This document shows positions 10,929-22,638 of a DNA stretch of 59,184 nucleotides, one piece after another (the first letter of the stretch is position 1; each line of letters begins with the position of its first letter). The position numbers and the translations under genes were made by a program. Source of the DNA: an uncultured Ectothiorhodospiraceae bacterium. GTDB taxonomy: Bacteria; Pseudomonadota; Gammaproteobacteria; UBA9214. The stretch lies in NCBI GenBank assembly GCA_947258615.1, contig CAMYIX010000061.1, forward strand, positions 1-59,184, written 5' to 3'. The notes beneath the pieces were generated by a model. It was not told the origin of the DNA. It was given only the letters and a program-made list of their open reading frames with translations, and did no database searches.

Positions 10929-11816
10929 ATGGCAATTACAGCAGCGCAAGTGAAGGAACTGCGCGAGCGCACCGGCTCCGGCATGATGGAGTGCAAAAAG
11001 GCACTGGTCGATGCCGGCGGTGATATGGACACGGCAATTGAAACGCTGCGCAAGACAGGCTTGGCAAAGGCGGACAAGAAGGCCGGCAGGATCGCCTCCG
11101 AAGGCCTGATCGCAATCGCTATCAGCGATGACGCCAGGACGGCGGCCGTTGTCGAGGTGAACTGCGAAACCGATTTCGTCGCCAAGAAGGAGGATTTCCA
11201 GGAATTCTCGCATGCCATTGCGCAACGCGTGCTGGCGAATGACCCGACGGACATCGACGCCCTGCTGGCCATGCCTCTGCATGACGGTGATGACACGAGC
11301 GTTGAAATCGCCCGCAAGTCGCTGATTGCCGCTATCGGTGAAAACATCAACGTGCGCCGTTTTATTCGCCGCGCGACCACGGCGGGGAAGCTGGCGCATT
11401 ACCAGCACGGCGTCAGGATCGGTGTGCTGGTAGATATGCAGGGTGGTAGCGATGAACTGGCGCGTGATGTCGCCATGCACATCGCCGCCAGCAAGCCCCG
11501 GTTCTGCTCTGCCGATGACGTGGACCAGGATATCCTCGACAAGGAGCGCGAGATCTTCTCCGCCCAGGCGGAGGCCAGCGGTAAGCCGGCCAATATCATC
11601 GAGAAAATGGTCGACGGCCGGATCAGGAAATTCCTCGGTGAAATTACCCTGCTGGGCCAGCCCTTCGTCAAGGACCCGGACCAGACCGTGGGCAAACTGC
11701 TCGAGGCTGCCGGGGCCAGCGTGACCGGCTTCGATCGCGTCGAACTGGGCGAGGGCATCGAGAAGAAGGAAGAGAATTTCGCCGATGAAGTGATGGCGCA
11801 GGTCAAGGGCGGTTGA
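10929..11816 (+). CDS. tsf: Elongation factor Ts
   Basis: [35 protein letters not shown]; ATG 10929. Confidence 0.98.
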   Translation: MAITAAQVKELRERTGSGMMECKKALVDAGGDMDTAIETLRKTGLAKADKKAGRIASEGLIAIAISDDARTAAVVEVNCETDFVAKKEDFQEFSHAIAQRVLANDPTDIDALLAMPLHDGDDTSVEIARKSLIAAIGENINVRRFIRRATTAGKLAHYQHGVRIGVLVDMQGGSDELARDVAMHIAASKPRFCSADDVDQDILDKEREIFSAQAEASGKPANIIEKMVDGRIRKFLGEITLLGQPFVKDPDQTVGKLLEAAGASVTGFDRVELGEGIEKKEENFADEVMAQVKGG

Positions 11817-11871
11817 CGCGAGGTCACAACCGATACGCAAGGGATCTTCAGTGAGCCTTGAACACACAATC

Positions 11872-11902
11872 AACGGGGTCGGAAGTCGACCCCGTTTTTT
11901 TT
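11872..11902 (+). terminator. Rho-independent terminator after tsf
   Basis: aacggggtcg-gaagt-cgaccccgtt followed by a T run. Confidence 0.85.
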
Positions 11903-11997
11903 GCATGGCATTGGGGGCGGAAAAGTAAGACAATGGCCCCGGTTCTGAAGAAATTCATGAATATTCTCTATCTGCATGTAAAATATAAGGAAAATAT

Positions 11998-12711
11998 GTG
12001 AAATACCAGCGTGTACTGTTGAAGCTCAGCGGTGAGGCCCTGATGGGGGCCCAGGATCACGGTATCGATCCTGAGGTGATCCAGCGGATTGCCGGCGAGA
12101 TTTACTCGGTCAGTGCCAGCGGCGTACAGATCGGTCTGGTCATCGGCGGCGGAAATATCGTGCGGGGTGCCGGCATGGCCTCGCGCGGGATGGACCGGGT
12201 GACCGGCGATCACATGGGTATGCTGGCCACGGTGATCAATTCCCTGGCACTGCAGGATGCCCTGGAAAAGGCCGGCACAAACTGCCGGGTAATGTCGGCC
12301 CTGAGAATTAACCAGGTGTGTGAGCCCTATATCCGCGGGCGGGCGATTCGCCACCTGGAAAAAGGGCGCGTGGTGATTTTCGCTGCCGGTACGGGTAACC
12401 CGTTCTTCACCACGGATTCGGCAGCAAGCCTGCGCGCCATCGAGATCGATGCCGATATCATGCTGAAGGCCACCAAGGTCGATGGCATCTACTCGGCCGA
12501 TCCGGTGACCAACAAGGACGCGACCCTGTATGACCGGCTGACCTTTGACGAGGCACTGAAACGGAAACTGGCGGTGATGGATGCCACGGCACTGGTGCTG
12601 TGCAACGAGCACAACATGCCGGTGCGGGTATTCAATATATTCGAGCCCGGCCATCTGGACCGGATCGTTGCCGGTGATAATGTAGGTACCTTGGTAGAGC
12701 AGGAGACTTGA
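11998..12711 (+). CDS. pyrH: UMP kinase
   Basis: [26 protein letters not shown]. Confidence 0.97.
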   Translation: MKYQRVLLKLSGEALMGAQDHGIDPEVIQRIAGEIYSVSASGVQIGLVIGGGNIVRGAGMASRGMDRVTGDHMGMLATVINSLALQDALEKAGTNCRVMSALRINQVCEPYIRGRAIRHLEKGRVVIFAAGTGNPFFTTDSAASLRAIEIDADIMLKATKVDGIYSADPVTNKDATLYDRLTFDEALKRKLAVMDATALVLCNEHNMPVRVFNIFEPGHLDRIVAGDNVGTLVEQET

Positions 12712-12714
12712 AGG

Positions 12715-13272
12715 ATGATCGAAGACATTAAAAAGGATGCCGGTGAACGCATGGACAAGAGCATCGAGGCGCTGAAACAGGCGCTGAGCAAGGTGCGCAC
12801 GGGACGGGCCCATCCCAGCCTGCTCGATCACCTGACCGTTGATTATTACGGCAGCCAGGTGCCGATATCACAGGTTGCCAATATCTCGGTCGAGGATGCC
12901 CGCACCCTGGCGGTGGCGCCCTGGGAAAAGCAGATGGTGCAGGTCATCGAGAAGGCGATCATCTCTTCCGACCTGGGGCTCAATCCAGCGACGGCCGGCA
13001 TGGTGATGCGCATACCGCTGCCGCCACTCACCGAGGAAAGCCGCCGTAACCTGGCCAAGGTGGTGCGTAACGACGGGGAGGCCGCGAAGGTGGCAATCCG
13101 CAATATCCGCCGTGACGCCAACAGTGACCTGAAAGACCTGCTCAAGGAAAAGGAAATATCCGAGGACGACGAGCACAAGGCCCAGGAGGATATCCAGCGT
13201 ATTACGGACAAGCACGTGGCCGATGTCGACGCGATCGTGACAGAAAAAGAAGCCGAGTTGATGGAACTATAG
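12715..13272 (+). CDS. frr: Ribosome recycling factor
   Basis: [32 protein letters not shown]. Confidence 0.97.
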   Translation: MIEDIKKDAGERMDKSIEALKQALSKVRTGRAHPSLLDHLTVDYYGSQVPISQVANISVEDARTLAVAPWEKQMVQVIEKAIISSDLGLNPATAGMVMRIPLPPLTEESRRNLAKVVRNDGEAAKVAIRNIRRDANSDLKDLLKEKEISEDDEHKAQEDIQRITDKHVADVDAIVTEKEAELMEL

Positions 13273-13306
13273 TTTCGGCAGCCACTCCCGTTTATTTCCC
13301 GTTGAT

Positions 13307-14056
13307 ATGAAAAGCATCGCGAAATCCAGCAAGCTGCCGCAGCATATCGCCATTATCATGGACGGTAACGGCCGTTGGGCGCGAGCACGCATGCTGCCGC
13401 GCTATGTCGGGCACCGCGAGGGCGTCAAGGCGGTAAAGACCATTGTCGAGGCCTGTCGCAACAAGGGCGTCCGGGCACTGACGCTGTTTGCCTTCAGCAG
13501 CGAAAACTGGCGGCGCCCACGTGCCGAGGTCGGCTTGCTGATGGACCTGTTTATCCGCACCCTGAAAAAGGAAGTCGAGGCACTGCACAGAAACGCCATC
13601 CGGGTGCGCTTTATCGGCGACCGTGAGGCCTTTCCGAAGGGCCTGCGTGAACTCATGACTCAGGCCGAGGAAAAAACCCGTGCGAACACGGCCATGGACC
13701 TGGTGATTGCGGCAAACTACGGTGGTCAGTGGGATATCACCCGGGCGCAGCAGGCCATTGCGCGGCGTGTCGTCGCCGGCGAGATCACGCCCGATGACAT
13801 TACGCCAGACATGATTACCGCGGAAGTCGCCCTGGCGGACCTGCCCGAGCCCGACCTGTTTATCCGTACCGGCGGAGAGCAGCGCATCAGTAACTTCCTG
13901 TTGTGGCAGCTGGCCTACACCGAACTCTATTTTACCGATGTCCTGTGGCCGGCCTTCAATGAACATGAACTGGATGAGGCGCTGCAGTCCTATGCCAGAC
14001 GGCAACGGCGTTTTGGTCGTACCGGTGACCAGGTGGAGCGCTTGAAGGGTGCTTAA
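13307..14056 (+). CDS. uppS: Undecaprenyl diphosphate synthase
   Basis: HIAIIMDGNGRWA, FAFSSENW, IRTGGEQRISNFLLWQ. Confidence 0.97.
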   Translation: MKSIAKSSKLPQHIAIIMDGNGRWARARMLPRYVGHREGVKAVKTIVEACRNKGVRALTLFAFSSENWRRPRAEVGLLMDLFIRTLKKEVEALHRNAIRVRFIGDREAFPKGLRELMTQAEEKTRANTAMDLVIAANYGGQWDITRAQQAIARRVVAGEITPDDITPDMITAEVALADLPEPDLFIRTGGEQRISNFLLWQLAYTELYFTDVLWPAFNEHELDEALQSYARRQRRFGRTGDQVERLKGA

Positions 14057-14867
14057 AACCCGCCTGATCTCGGCAGCGATCATGATACCGCTCGTCGTTG
14101 GCGGTATTCTTTTTCTGCCGACAGACAGCGTGGCACTGGTACTGGCCCTGGTGATGGGGGTCGGGCTGTGGGAGTGGGCCCGCATGGTGCCGTTGCAGTC
14201 CTTCCCGGCCCAGCTGCTTTATCCGGGCGTCATCGTGTTGCTGATGTGGCTTGCCTGGATGGCGCCACTGGATGTACTCATCGATATCCTGCTGGTAGCG
14301 GCCCTGCTGTGGTGGCTGGGGGCGCTGTACTGGGTCAGCCGGGCAAAAATCACCACCGAGTCGAGTCTGCCGTTGCGGGCGATGAAGTCGGTAGTCGGCC
14401 TGCTGGTCGTGCTGCCTGCCTGGGCTGCGCTGGTGATGCTGCACGGGCGGGAGCAGGACGGTCCCTTGTTGACCCTGTTTCTGCTGGTGTTGATCTGGCT
14501 TGCGGACAGTGGTGCCTATTTCGCGGGACGCCGCTGGGGGCGCACCAAACTGGCACCCGTCGTCAGTCCGGGCAAGACCTGGCAGGGCGTCTACGGCGGC
14601 ATTGTCAGCAGCGGGCTGTTCGCGTTGCTGGTCGGGTTGCTGTACAGCCAGTCGCTCAGATGGGCGGCCGGTCTGGTGCTGGCCTCGCTGCTTACGGTGA
14701 TGTTCTCCATCGTCGGTGACCTGCTGGAGAGCCTGATGAAGCGCCAGCGCGGGATCAAGGACAGCAGTCATATCATCCCCGGGCACGGCGGGGTACTCGA
14801 TCGTATCGACAGCCTGACGGCCGCGGCCCCGGTTTTTCTGCTGGGGATTAACTGGCTGGAACTTTGA
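14049..14867 (+). CDS. cdsA: Phosphatidate cytidylyltransferase
   Basis: SPGKTW, GDLLESLMKR..IKDS..IPGHGGVLDRIDS. Confidence 0.96.
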   Translation: MLKTRLISAAIMIPLVVGGILFLPTDSVALVLALVMGVGLWEWARMVPLQSFPAQLLYPGVIVLLMWLAWMAPLDVLIDILLVAALLWWLGALYWVSRAKITTESSLPLRAMKSVVGLLVVLPAWAALVMLHGREQDGPLLTLFLLVLIWLADSGAYFAGRRWGRTKLAPVVSPGKTWQGVYGGIVSSGLFALLVGLLYSQSLRWAAGLVLASLLTVMFSIVGDLLESLMKRQRGIKDSSHIIPGHGGVLDRIDSLTAAAPVFLLGINWLEL

Positions 14868-14922
14868 GCCGCAGCTTCTATCCCATGTACTACAGCGGAC
14901 ATGATTGCAGGAATTGACAGCG

Positions 14923-16131
14923 ATGCATGATTCACGGCCGGCGGGCATAACCGTACTGGGTGCGACCGGCTCGATCGGGGTGAATACCCTGGATGTCGTA
15001 TCCAGGTATCCCGACCGCTTTCATGTCATTGCACTGACGGCAAATACCGACGCCGAAGGCCTGGCCGGGCAGTGTGAACGTTTCCAGCCACGCTACGCCG
15101 TCATGGCGGACCCGGATGCGGCCCAGCGGCTCGCAGACATGTTGTGTGACACGGCTCCGGATGTCCGGGTACTGGGTGGCAAGGAGGCGCTGGTGGAAGT
15201 GGCCGGTCTGCCCGAGGTGGACTACGTGATGGCGGCCATTGTCGGGGCGGCCGGCCTGTTGCCCAGTCTCGAGGCCGCCAGGCGGGGCAAACGTGTGTTG
15301 CTGGCCAACAAGGAGGCGCTGGTGATGTCCGGCGCCTTGTTCATGCAGGCCGTGCGCGACAATGATGCCGTGCTGCTGCCGATTGACAGCGAGCATAACG
15401 CCATCCTCCAGTGCATGCCGGATAACTATGCCGCTGGTCGTGCACCGCGCGGTGTCCGCAGGATCATGCTGACGGCCTCCGGTGGCCCGTTCAGGACGCT
15501 GCCGGTCAGCAAGCTGGCCGCTGTCACGCCGGCCCAGGCCTGCGCGCATCCCAACTGGGAAATGGGGCGCAAGATATCGGTTGATTCGGCCACCATGATG
15601 AACAAGGGGCTTGAGGTCATCGAGGCCGGCTGGCTGTTTGACCTCCCCCTGGAAAAGATCAAGGTCCTGATTCATCCCCAGAGTATTCTGCACTCGATGG
15701 TGGAATACGACGACGCTTCCGTGCTTGCCCAGCTGGGGAATCCGGATATGCGCATTCCCATCACCCACGCGCTGGGCTGGCCGGAGCGGATCGACTCGGG
15801 CGCGGCGCAACTGGACCTGACGGCAGTCGGTTCCCTGCAGTTCGAGGAACCGGACCGGGCGCGCTTTCCCTGCCTGGAACTGGCCTGCCATGCCTGGCGC
15901 CAGGGTGGCACCGCGCCGGCCATCCTCAATGCGGCCAATGAAGTGGCCGTGCAGGCATTTCTCGATCAGCAGATCCCCTTTACCTCGATTCCGCGGCTCA
16001 TCGAACATGCCATGGAGCGATGCACGATACATGAGGCCGCATCGCTGCAAGTGATACTCGGGGATGATGCCGCGGCACGCCGCCAGGCAAGGGACTACAT
16101 CGACTCGGATCGTATGCAGGCAAGCTCATGA
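14923..16131 (+). CDS. dxr: 1-deoxy-D-xylulose 5-phosphate reductoisomerase
   Basis: [42 protein letters not shown]; start codon approximate. Confidence 0.96.
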   Translation: MHDSRPAGITVLGATGSIGVNTLDVVSRYPDRFHVIALTANTDAEGLAGQCERFQPRYAVMADPDAAQRLADMLCDTAPDVRVLGGKEALVEVAGLPEVDYVMAAIVGAAGLLPSLEAARRGKRVLLANKEALVMSGALFMQAVRDNDAVLLPIDSEHNAILQCMPDNYAAGRAPRGVRRIMLTASGGPFRTLPVSKLAAVTPAQACAHPNWEMGRKISVDSATMMNKGLEVIEAGWLFDLPLEKIKVLIHPQSILHSMVEYDDASVLAQLGNPDMRIPITHALGWPERIDSGAAQLDLTAVGSLQFEEPDRARFPCLELACHAWRQGGTAPAILNAANEVAVQAFLDQQIPFTSIPRLIEHAMERCTIHEAASLQVILGDDAAARRQARDYIDSDRMQASS

Positions 16132-17498
16132 ACGGTGTGCTTGTCTCGATGATCGCCTTCATTGTCGCGATCGGTGTCCTGGTCACGGTGCATGAATTCG
16201 GGCATTTCTGGGTGGCCAGGAGGCTGGGTGTAAAGGTACTGCGCTTCTCGATCGGCTTCGGAAAGCCCTTGTGGAGCCGGCGCTTCGGTAGCGATGACAC
16301 CGAACTGGTTGTCGCGGCCATCCCCCTCGGCGGTTATGTCAAGATGCTGGACGAGCGCGAGGGCGAGGTGAGCGCGGCTGAACAGCACCGGGCATTCAAC
16401 CGCCAGGGCCTGTCCACACGCATCGCGGTGGTGACGGCCGGGCCCCTGTTCAACTTCCTGTTTGCTATCGCGGCCTACTGGCTCATGTTTGTCAGCGGGG
16501 TCCCGGGGCTGCGCCCGGTCATCGGCGAGTTGATCGAGTCGTCCCCCGCCCAGCAGGCCGGTTTCATGTCGGGTGACGAGATACGCCGCATCGAGGACAG
16601 GCCGACGAACAGCTGGGAGACGGCGGTCCTTGCCCTGCTGGATGCCGGCCTGGACGAGCAGGCCTCATTCGAAGTCGCGGTGCGGGACCCGCTGGGCAAC
16701 GACCGGCTGCTGCGGGTCAGGCTGGATGGGTCCACCCGCCTGCTGGAGAAGGGCGGCGTGCTGGAGAACTTCGGTATCAAGCCCTGGCGACCAGTGTATC
16801 CCGCCATGATCGACCGGCTGATAGCCGGCGGTGCGGGCGAGCAGGCCGGCCTGCTCGCCGGTGACCTGGTGGTGGCGGCGGATGGCGTGGCCGTGAAGGA
16901 CTGGAACCAGTGGGTTGACTATGTGCGGGCCCGGCCTGGCAGGACCATCGCGCTACAGGTCCGGCGTGGGGACGAGTTGCTGGACCTCGAGCTGACACCG
17001 CAGGCGGCCCAGGACGCGGGGGAAACGGTAGGCCGTATCGGCGCTTATGTGCGTCTTCCGGATACAGAGGAGCATGCTACAATGCGCGTCGTTGTCCGCT
17101 ATGGCCCGCTTGAGGCAGTACCGGCAGCCCTCGGAAAGACCTGGGAAATGTCGACCCTGACCTTGAGAACGCTGTGGAAAATGATCAGCGGGAAGGCCTC
17201 GGTCGAGAACCTCAGCGGGCCGATCAGTATCGCCCGCTATGCGGGCCAGTCGGCCGCCATCGGTCTCGCTGCCTTTCTGGGCTTTCTGGCCATTGTCAGT
17301 GTCAGCCTGGGCGTGCTGAACCTGTTACCGATCCCGATCCTGGATGGCGGACACCTGATGTATTACCTGATCGAGATGTTGAAGGGGAGCCCGGTGTCCG
17401 AGGCGGCCCAGATGTTTGGTCAGCGGGTAGGGATTGTCCTGCTGCTTTTATTGATGTCACTGGCCTTTTACAACGACCTGGCAAGATTATTCGAATAG
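16128..17498 (+). CDS. rseP: RIP metalloprotease RseP
   Basis: HEFGH, two PDZ domains, [12 protein letters not shown]. Confidence 0.96.
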   Translation: MNGVLVSMIAFIVAIGVLVTVHEFGHFWVARRLGVKVLRFSIGFGKPLWSRRFGSDDTELVVAAIPLGGYVKMLDEREGEVSAAEQHRAFNRQGLSTRIAVVTAGPLFNFLFAIAAYWLMFVSGVPGLRPVIGELIESSPAQQAGFMSGDEIRRIEDRPTNSWETAVLALLDAGLDEQASFEVAVRDPLGNDRLLRVRLDGSTRLLEKGGVLENFGIKPWRPVYPAMIDRLIAGGAGEQAGLLAGDLVVAADGVAVKDWNQWVDYVRARPGRTIALQVRRGDELLDLELTPQAAQDAGETVGRIGAYVRLPDTEEHATMRVVVRYGPLEAVPAALGKTWEMSTLTLRTLWKMISGKASVENLSGPISIARYAGQSAAIGLAAFLGFLAIVSVSLGVLNLLPIPILDGGHLMYYLIEMLKGSPVSEAAQMFGQRVGIVLLLLLMSLAFYNDLARLFE

Positions 17499-17530
17499 CA
17501 CCGCTCACGACCGGTACACACGTAAGAATA

Positions 17531-19690
17531 ATGAAAATCATATTCCACTCCCTGTTGCTGTTGCTGCTGTTCTCCGGGACGGTCCGTGCATTTGAGCCGT
17601 TTGTGGTCAGTGATGTACGGGTAGAGGGGCTGCAACGGATCTCGGCCGGCACGGTGTTCAACTACCTGCCGGTCAAGGTCGGCGATACCATCGATACCGA
17701 CGGTTCAGCGGCCGCCATCAGGGCCTTGTTCAAGACCGGTTTCTTTAACGATGCCTACCTGGAACGCGATGGGGATATCCTGGTCGTGCATGTCACCGAG
17801 CGTGCCGCGATCAGCAGCATCGAGATCAAGGGCAACCGGGACCTGGAGACCGAGGAGTTGCTTGCCGGCCTCAAGCAGATCGGGCTGGCAGAGGGCAGGG
17901 TTTTCGACCGTTCCCTGCTAGAGAAGGTCGAGCAGGAATTGCAGCGCCAGTACTTCAGCAGGGGCAAGTACGCAGTCAGGCTCGATACCACGGTGACCCC
18001 GCTGGAACGAAACCGCGTGGGTATCCTGATCGACATATCGGAAGGGCAGGTTGCCAGGATCAAGCAGATCAATATCGTCGGGAATCACCGCTACCCGGAC
18101 GAGGAACTGCTCGATGACTTTACCCTCAACACACCCGGCTTGTTTTCCTTCATCACCAAGAGTGACCAGTATTCCAAGCAGAAGCTCGCGGCGGACCTCG
18201 AGATACTGCGTTCCTATTACCTCGATCGCGGCTACCTGAATTTCGACATCAGTTCCACCCAGGTGTCCATTACGCCCGACAAGAAAGACATCTATATCAC
18301 CATCAATATCAGCGAAGGCGAGCAGTACAGCATCAGTGAGGTCACCCTGTCCGGTGATCTGGTGGTCGAGCCGGAGGAACTATTCCCGCTGGTCAGGATC
18401 AATCCCCAGGATGTGTTCTCGCGCAAGCGGGTCACCGAGGCGGTGGACCGTATCAGTGCCAAGCTGGGTGACCACGGCTACGCCTTTGCCAACGTCAACA
18501 CGGTCCCCGAGCTGGATGACGAGAACAACCAGGTGTCACTGGCCTTTTTTATCGATCCCGGCAAGCGGGTCTATGTGCGCCGTGTGAACGTGGAAGGCAA
18601 TGTGTCCACGCGTGACGAGGTCCTGCGCCGCGAGATGCGCCAGATGGAGGCCGGCTGGTTCTCCGCCGAAAAGGTGGAACGTTCGCGTGCCCGCCTGCAG
18701 CGGCTGGGCTACTTCGAGGATGTCAATGTCGAAACGCCATCGGTGCCGGGGACCACGGACCAGGTCGATGTGAACTATTCGGTCAGCGAGACCTCCTCGG
18801 GCAGCATCACCGCCGGTCTCGGTTATTCGCAGTCCTCGGGCCTGCTGTTCAACGCGAGCGTGTCGCAGGACAATTTCCTCGGCAGCGGTAAACGCGTCAG
18901 CTTCGCCTTCAACAACAGCGACATCAACACCGTCTATAGCTTTTCCTATACCAATCCCTACTACACCATCGACGGTATCAGTCGCGGCTTCGGTACCTAT
19001 TATCGGGAGACCGACGCGGACGAGGCCAATCTCTCTGATTACACCACGGATTCATTCGGTGCCAATGTCAGCTTCGGCATACCGATCACCGAGTACGAGC
19101 GTATCTACCTGAACACCGAGTACGAGAACATCGAGCTCAAGCCGACCCTGTCCTCGCCCTCCGAGGTGTTCGACTTTATCGACCGGCACGGGGACAGCTA
19201 CGACAACATCAAGCTCACCGGCAGCTGGAGTCACGATACCCGCAACAAGGCGATCTTCGCGTCGCTGAATGGCGAACTGGGCTACGGGGAGGGCTTCGGA
19301 GATCATGAGCAGCTGCCGTTTTTCGAGAACTTCTTCGCCGGCGGCGTGCGTTCGGTGCGTGGTTTCGAGGACAACACCCTGGGGCCGCGTGATTCGAATC
19401 GCAATCCTATCGGTGGCAGTTTCCGGGTGGTGGGTAATGCCGAGCTGATTTTCCCGGTGCCGTTTTTCGAGGATGCCAAGTCCTTCCGGATGAGCGCGTT
19501 TTTCGATATCGGTAATGTCTTTGAGGATTTCGAGGACTTCGATGCCGATGAATTGAGGTATTCTGTCGGTCTGGCGGGACTGTGGCTCTCTCCGATGGGG
19601 CCACTGTCGATCAGCCTGGGTTATCCGATCAATGACGAGCCGGATGACGAGGTGCAGAACTTCCAGTTTACTATCGGGACCTTTTTCTGA
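17531..19690 (+). CDS. bamA: Outer membrane protein assembly factor BamA (719 aa; apparent in-frame deletion in the barrel)
   Basis: Signal peptide from ATG 17531, POTRA domains (VEGLQRIS), VRGF motif, C-terminal FQFTIGTFF. Confidence 0.95.
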   Translation: MKIIFHSLLLLLLFSGTVRAFEPFVVSDVRVEGLQRISAGTVFNYLPVKVGDTIDTDGSAAAIRALFKTGFFNDAYLERDGDILVVHVTERAAISSIEIKGNRDLETEELLAGLKQIGLAEGRVFDRSLLEKVEQELQRQYFSRGKYAVRLDTTVTPLERNRVGILIDISEGQVARIKQINIVGNHRYPDEELLDDFTLNTPGLFSFITKSDQYSKQKLAADLEILRSYYLDRGYLNFDISSTQVSITPDKKDIYITINISEGEQYSISEVTLSGDLVVEPEELFPLVRINPQDVFSRKRVTEAVDRISAKLGDHGYAFANVNTVPELDDENNQVSLAFFIDPGKRVYVRRVNVEGNVSTRDEVLRREMRQMEAGWFSAEKVERSRARLQRLGYFEDVNVETPSVPGTTDQVDVNYSVSETSSGSITAGLGYSQSSGLLFNASVSQDNFLGSGKRVSFAFNNSDINTVYSFSYTNPYYTIDGISRGFGTYYRETDADEANLSDYTTDSFGANVSFGIPITEYERIYLNTEYENIELKPTLSSPSEVFDFIDRHGDSYDNIKLTGSWSHDTRNKAIFASLNGELGYGEGFGDHEQLPFFENFFAGGVRSVRGFEDNTLGPRDSNRNPIGGSFRVVGNAELIFPVPFFEDAKSFRMSAFFDIGNVFEDFEDFDADELRYSVGLAGLWLSPMGPLSISLGYPINDEPDDEVQNFQFTIGTFF

Positions 19691-19719
19691 TTCTTTGTAG
19701 GCGAACGTGGAGAGCTATT

Positions 19720-20232
19720 TTGAATAGATACAGACCAGCAATACTGATGGCAAGCCTGCTTGCGGCCGTGGTGGCATACTCCGGTGGTGCGCAGGCGGAA
19801 ATGAAAATCGGCTTTGTCGATACTGCAAAACTGATGGAGGCCGCACCCCAGGTCAAGGCTGCAAACAGCAAAATCGAAGCCGAGTTCGGACCCAGGGAGA
19901 AGGAGCTGGTGGCGCTGCAGCGCGAGATACAGAAGCTGGAGGATCAGCTGTCCCGCGACGGCACGGTCATGAGCGAGTCGGAGCGCTCCAAGCTGGAGCG
20001 GCAGATCCTCGGCAAGCGACGTGACCTGAAGCGTGCCCAGGAGGAATTCCGCGACGATCTCAATATCAGGCGCAACGAGGTGCTCACCAAGCTGCAGAAG
20101 GATATGTATGACGCCGTCGTGGCCTTTGCCAAGGAACAGAACTTTGACCTGATCCTGAGCCAGGGCGTGGTCTATTCCAGCGACCGGGTTGATATCACCG
20201 ACAGTATTGCGGCGAAGCTCAAGGGCAACTGA
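19720..20232 (+). CDS. skp: Periplasmic chaperone Skp/OmpH
   Basis: Signal peptide, KIGFVD, coiled coil, DITD; lies between bamA and lpxD. Confidence 0.92.
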   Translation: MNRYRPAILMASLLAAVVAYSGGAQAEMKIGFVDTAKLMEAAPQVKAANSKIEAEFGPREKELVALQREIQKLEDQLSRDGTVMSESERSKLERQILGKRRDLKRAQEEFRDDLNIRRNEVLTKLQKDMYDAVVAFAKEQNFDLILSQGVVYSSDRVDITDSIAAKLKGN

Positions 20233-20261
20233 CCTCGCGGCAGCGACAGGGAAGCACCCGC

Positions 20262-21284
20262 ATGGGGCTGACACTCGGCGAACTGGCAGAGCGTATCGGC
20301 GGAGAACTGCGGGGTGATCCGGACTGCGTGATCACCTCGGTGGCCACCCTGCAGCATGCCGGTCCGGGCAGTATCAGTTTTCTTGCCAATACCACCTACA
20401 GGAAATACCTGTCACGGACCGCCGCCTCGGCGGTCATCATCCGGCCGGAGTTTGCAGGTGAGTGCCCGGCAGCGGCGATTGTCACCGCCGATCCCTATGT
20501 CGCCTATGCCCGGGCGGCCGCGCTGATCGTCCCGCCGCTGCCTCCCCGCCAGGGGACGCATCCGAGTGCCAGTATCGGCAAGGACTGCCAGATCGATTCC
20601 TCTGCCTGGATCGGGCCGAACTGCATTATCGAGGATGGTGTGCATATCGGTGCCGGCACCCAGCTGGCCGCAGGCTGTTTTGTCGGCCGGGACAGCCGGA
20701 TAGGGGCGGGCGGGTATCTGCACGCCAATGTCGTCATCTGTCACGGCGTGCGCGTCGGTGAACGGATCATCGTCCACCCCGGCGCCGTTATCGGGAGTGA
20801 CGGCTTTGGCCTGGCGAACGAGCACGGCCAGTGGCTGAAGGTGCCGCAGCTAGGGGGTGTGTGCATCGGCAACGATGTCGAGATCGGCGCCAATACCAGT
20901 ATCGATCGTGGTGCCCTGGACGATACGGTGCTCGAGGACGGGGTGAAGCTCGATAACCAGATACAGGTTGCGCATAACGTGCACATCGGTGCCCATACCG
21001 CCATCGCCGGTTGTGTGGGAATCTCCGGGAGCGCCAGGATAGGGCGGCACTGCATGATCGGCGGGGGGGCCGGGATCGTCGGCCACCTGGAAATCGCCGA
21101 CAACGTGACAGTGACCGGCATGACCATGGTGACCAAGTCCATCAGCGGTCCGGGTGTCTATTCTTCCGGGGTCCCGGCACAGGAAAATTCGGAATGGAAC
21201 AGGAATTATGCACGTTTCAGGAAGCTGGACCAGCTGGCCCGCAGGCTGCTGGCGCTGGAACGCAGGTTTGACGCGAAGGACTGA
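20262..21284 (+). CDS. lpxD: UDP-3-O-acylglucosamine N-acyltransferase
   Basis: Hexapeptide repeats, IGSDGFG, IDRGALDDT, KLDNQIQVAHNV. Confidence 0.96.
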   Translation: MGLTLGELAERIGGELRGDPDCVITSVATLQHAGPGSISFLANTTYRKYLSRTAASAVIIRPEFAGECPAAAIVTADPYVAYARAAALIVPPLPPRQGTHPSASIGKDCQIDSSAWIGPNCIIEDGVHIGAGTQLAAGCFVGRDSRIGAGGYLHANVVICHGVRVGERIIVHPGAVIGSDGFGLANEHGQWLKVPQLGGVCIGNDVEIGANTSIDRGALDDTVLEDGVKLDNQIQVAHNVHIGAHTAIAGCVGISGSARIGRHCMIGGGAGIVGHLEIADNVTVTGMTMVTKSISGPGVYSSGVPAQENSEWNRNYARFRKLDQLARRLLALERRFDAKD

Positions 21285-21331
21285 ATTCAGGGTATTGAGC
21301 AACAGCCGACAGGACACCACCAGTTTAGCTT

Positions 21332-21772
21332 ATGGACATTAACCAGATACTGAAACATTTGCCGCACCGTTACCCGTTCCTGCTGATAGACCGGGTAATC
21401 GAGTTCAATCCGGGCGAATCGCTCACCGGCATCAAGAACGTCACCTACAATGAGCCCTTCTTTCAGGGTCATTTCCCGCAGCGCCCGATTATGCCCGGCG
21501 TGCTCATCCTCGAGGCCCTGGCGCAGGCAACCGGTCTGCTGGCGTTCCGGACGCTCGAGCAGTCGGCCGAACGGGACACTCTCTATTTTCTCGTTGGCAT
21601 GGACAAGGTTCGTTTCAAGCAGCCGGTGGAGCCGGGTGACCAACTGGTGTTGACCGCTACCCTGCTGAAGACAAAACGCGGTATCTGGGTGTTCGACTGC
21701 AATGCGAAGGTCGACGGCAAGCGGGTCGCCTCCGCCGAAATCATGTGCACCGAGAGGGACATCAACTCTTGA
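21332..21772 (+). CDS. fabZ: 3-hydroxyacyl-ACP dehydratase
   Basis: [37 protein letters not shown]. Confidence 0.97.
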   Translation: MDINQILKHLPHRYPFLLIDRVIEFNPGESLTGIKNVTYNEPFFQGHFPQRPIMPGVLILEALAQATGLLAFRTLEQSAERDTLYFLVGMDKVRFKQPVEPGDQLVLTATLLKTKRGIWVFDCNAKVDGKRVASAEIMCTERDINS

Positions 21773-22539
21773 TTGACCCGCGCGCGGTCATCGACCCTGC
21801 AGCCCGGCTGGCGGACGATGTCAGCGTCGGGGCGTTCACGATTATCGGTGCCGATGTCGAGATCGATGCCGGCACCTGGATCGGTCCCCATGCCGTAATC
21901 AACGGCCCGACCCGCATCGGCCGGGACAACCGTATCTACCAGTTCGCCTCGGTCGGCGAGGCGCCCCAGGACAAGAAATATGCCGGCGAGCCGACCCGCC
22001 TCGAGATCGGTGACCGCAACCTGATCCGCGAATTCGTCACCATCAACCGCGGTACCGTGCAGGATGCTGGCGTCACGCGTATCGGTGACGACAACTGGAT
22101 TATGGCCTACGTCCATATCGCCCATGACTGCCGGATCGGAAACCAGGTCATCTTCTCGAATAACGCCTCGCTTGCCGGCCACGTCAGTGTCTATGACTAC
22201 GCGATCCTTGGTGGCTTCACCCTGGTCCACCAGTTTTGCGCCATCGGTGCGCATGCCTTCTGCGCCTTTGGCAGCAGCATCAAAAAGGATGTGCCGCCCT
22301 TTGTCATCGTGGACGGCAGTCCGGCACGTCCGCGTGGCCTGAATACAGAGGGCCTGAAGCGTCGCGGCTTTACGGACCAGGCCCAGCAGGCATTGCGCCG
22401 GGCCTACAAGACCCTGTACCGCTCGAACCTGTCACTGCAGGAAGCGCTGGTGAAATTACAGGAGATGGCACAGGAACAGGAGGAGGTGGCACAGCTGGTG
22501 TCTTTTGTCGAGCAGCAGACACGTGGAATTGTCCGCTGA
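21769..22539 (+). CDS. lpxA: UDP-N-acetylglucosamine acyltransferase
   Basis: TTG start overlapping the fabZ stop; [22 protein letters not shown]. Confidence 0.96.
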   Translation: MIDPRAVIDPAARLADDVSVGAFTIIGADVEIDAGTWIGPHAVINGPTRIGRDNRIYQFASVGEAPQDKKYAGEPTRLEIGDRNLIREFVTINRGTVQDAGVTRIGDDNWIMAYVHIAHDCRIGNQVIFSNNASLAGHVSVYDYAILGGFTLVHQFCAIGAHAFCAFGSSIKKDVPPFVIVDGSPARPRGLNTEGLKRRGFTDQAQQALRRAYKTLYRSNLSLQEALVKLQEMAQEQEEVAQLVSFVEQQTRGIVR

Positions 22540-22638
22540 TGGACAGCCCGGACCGGCCAGTTTCCGCTGACTGTCAACAACTGCCCGTGGCGCTGACCGT
22601 GCCCCGGTCCGGGTGAGCTGCCGTTCGCCTGTTCGGCC

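Noticed and set aside
17174-17530. N-terminal extensions in the ORF track for bamA (also hom 44382, alaC 43333, ispF 36541, rpoS 41881, surE 38926)
   Set aside because: They overlap upstream genes or promoters; homology and ribosome-binding sites point to downstream starts
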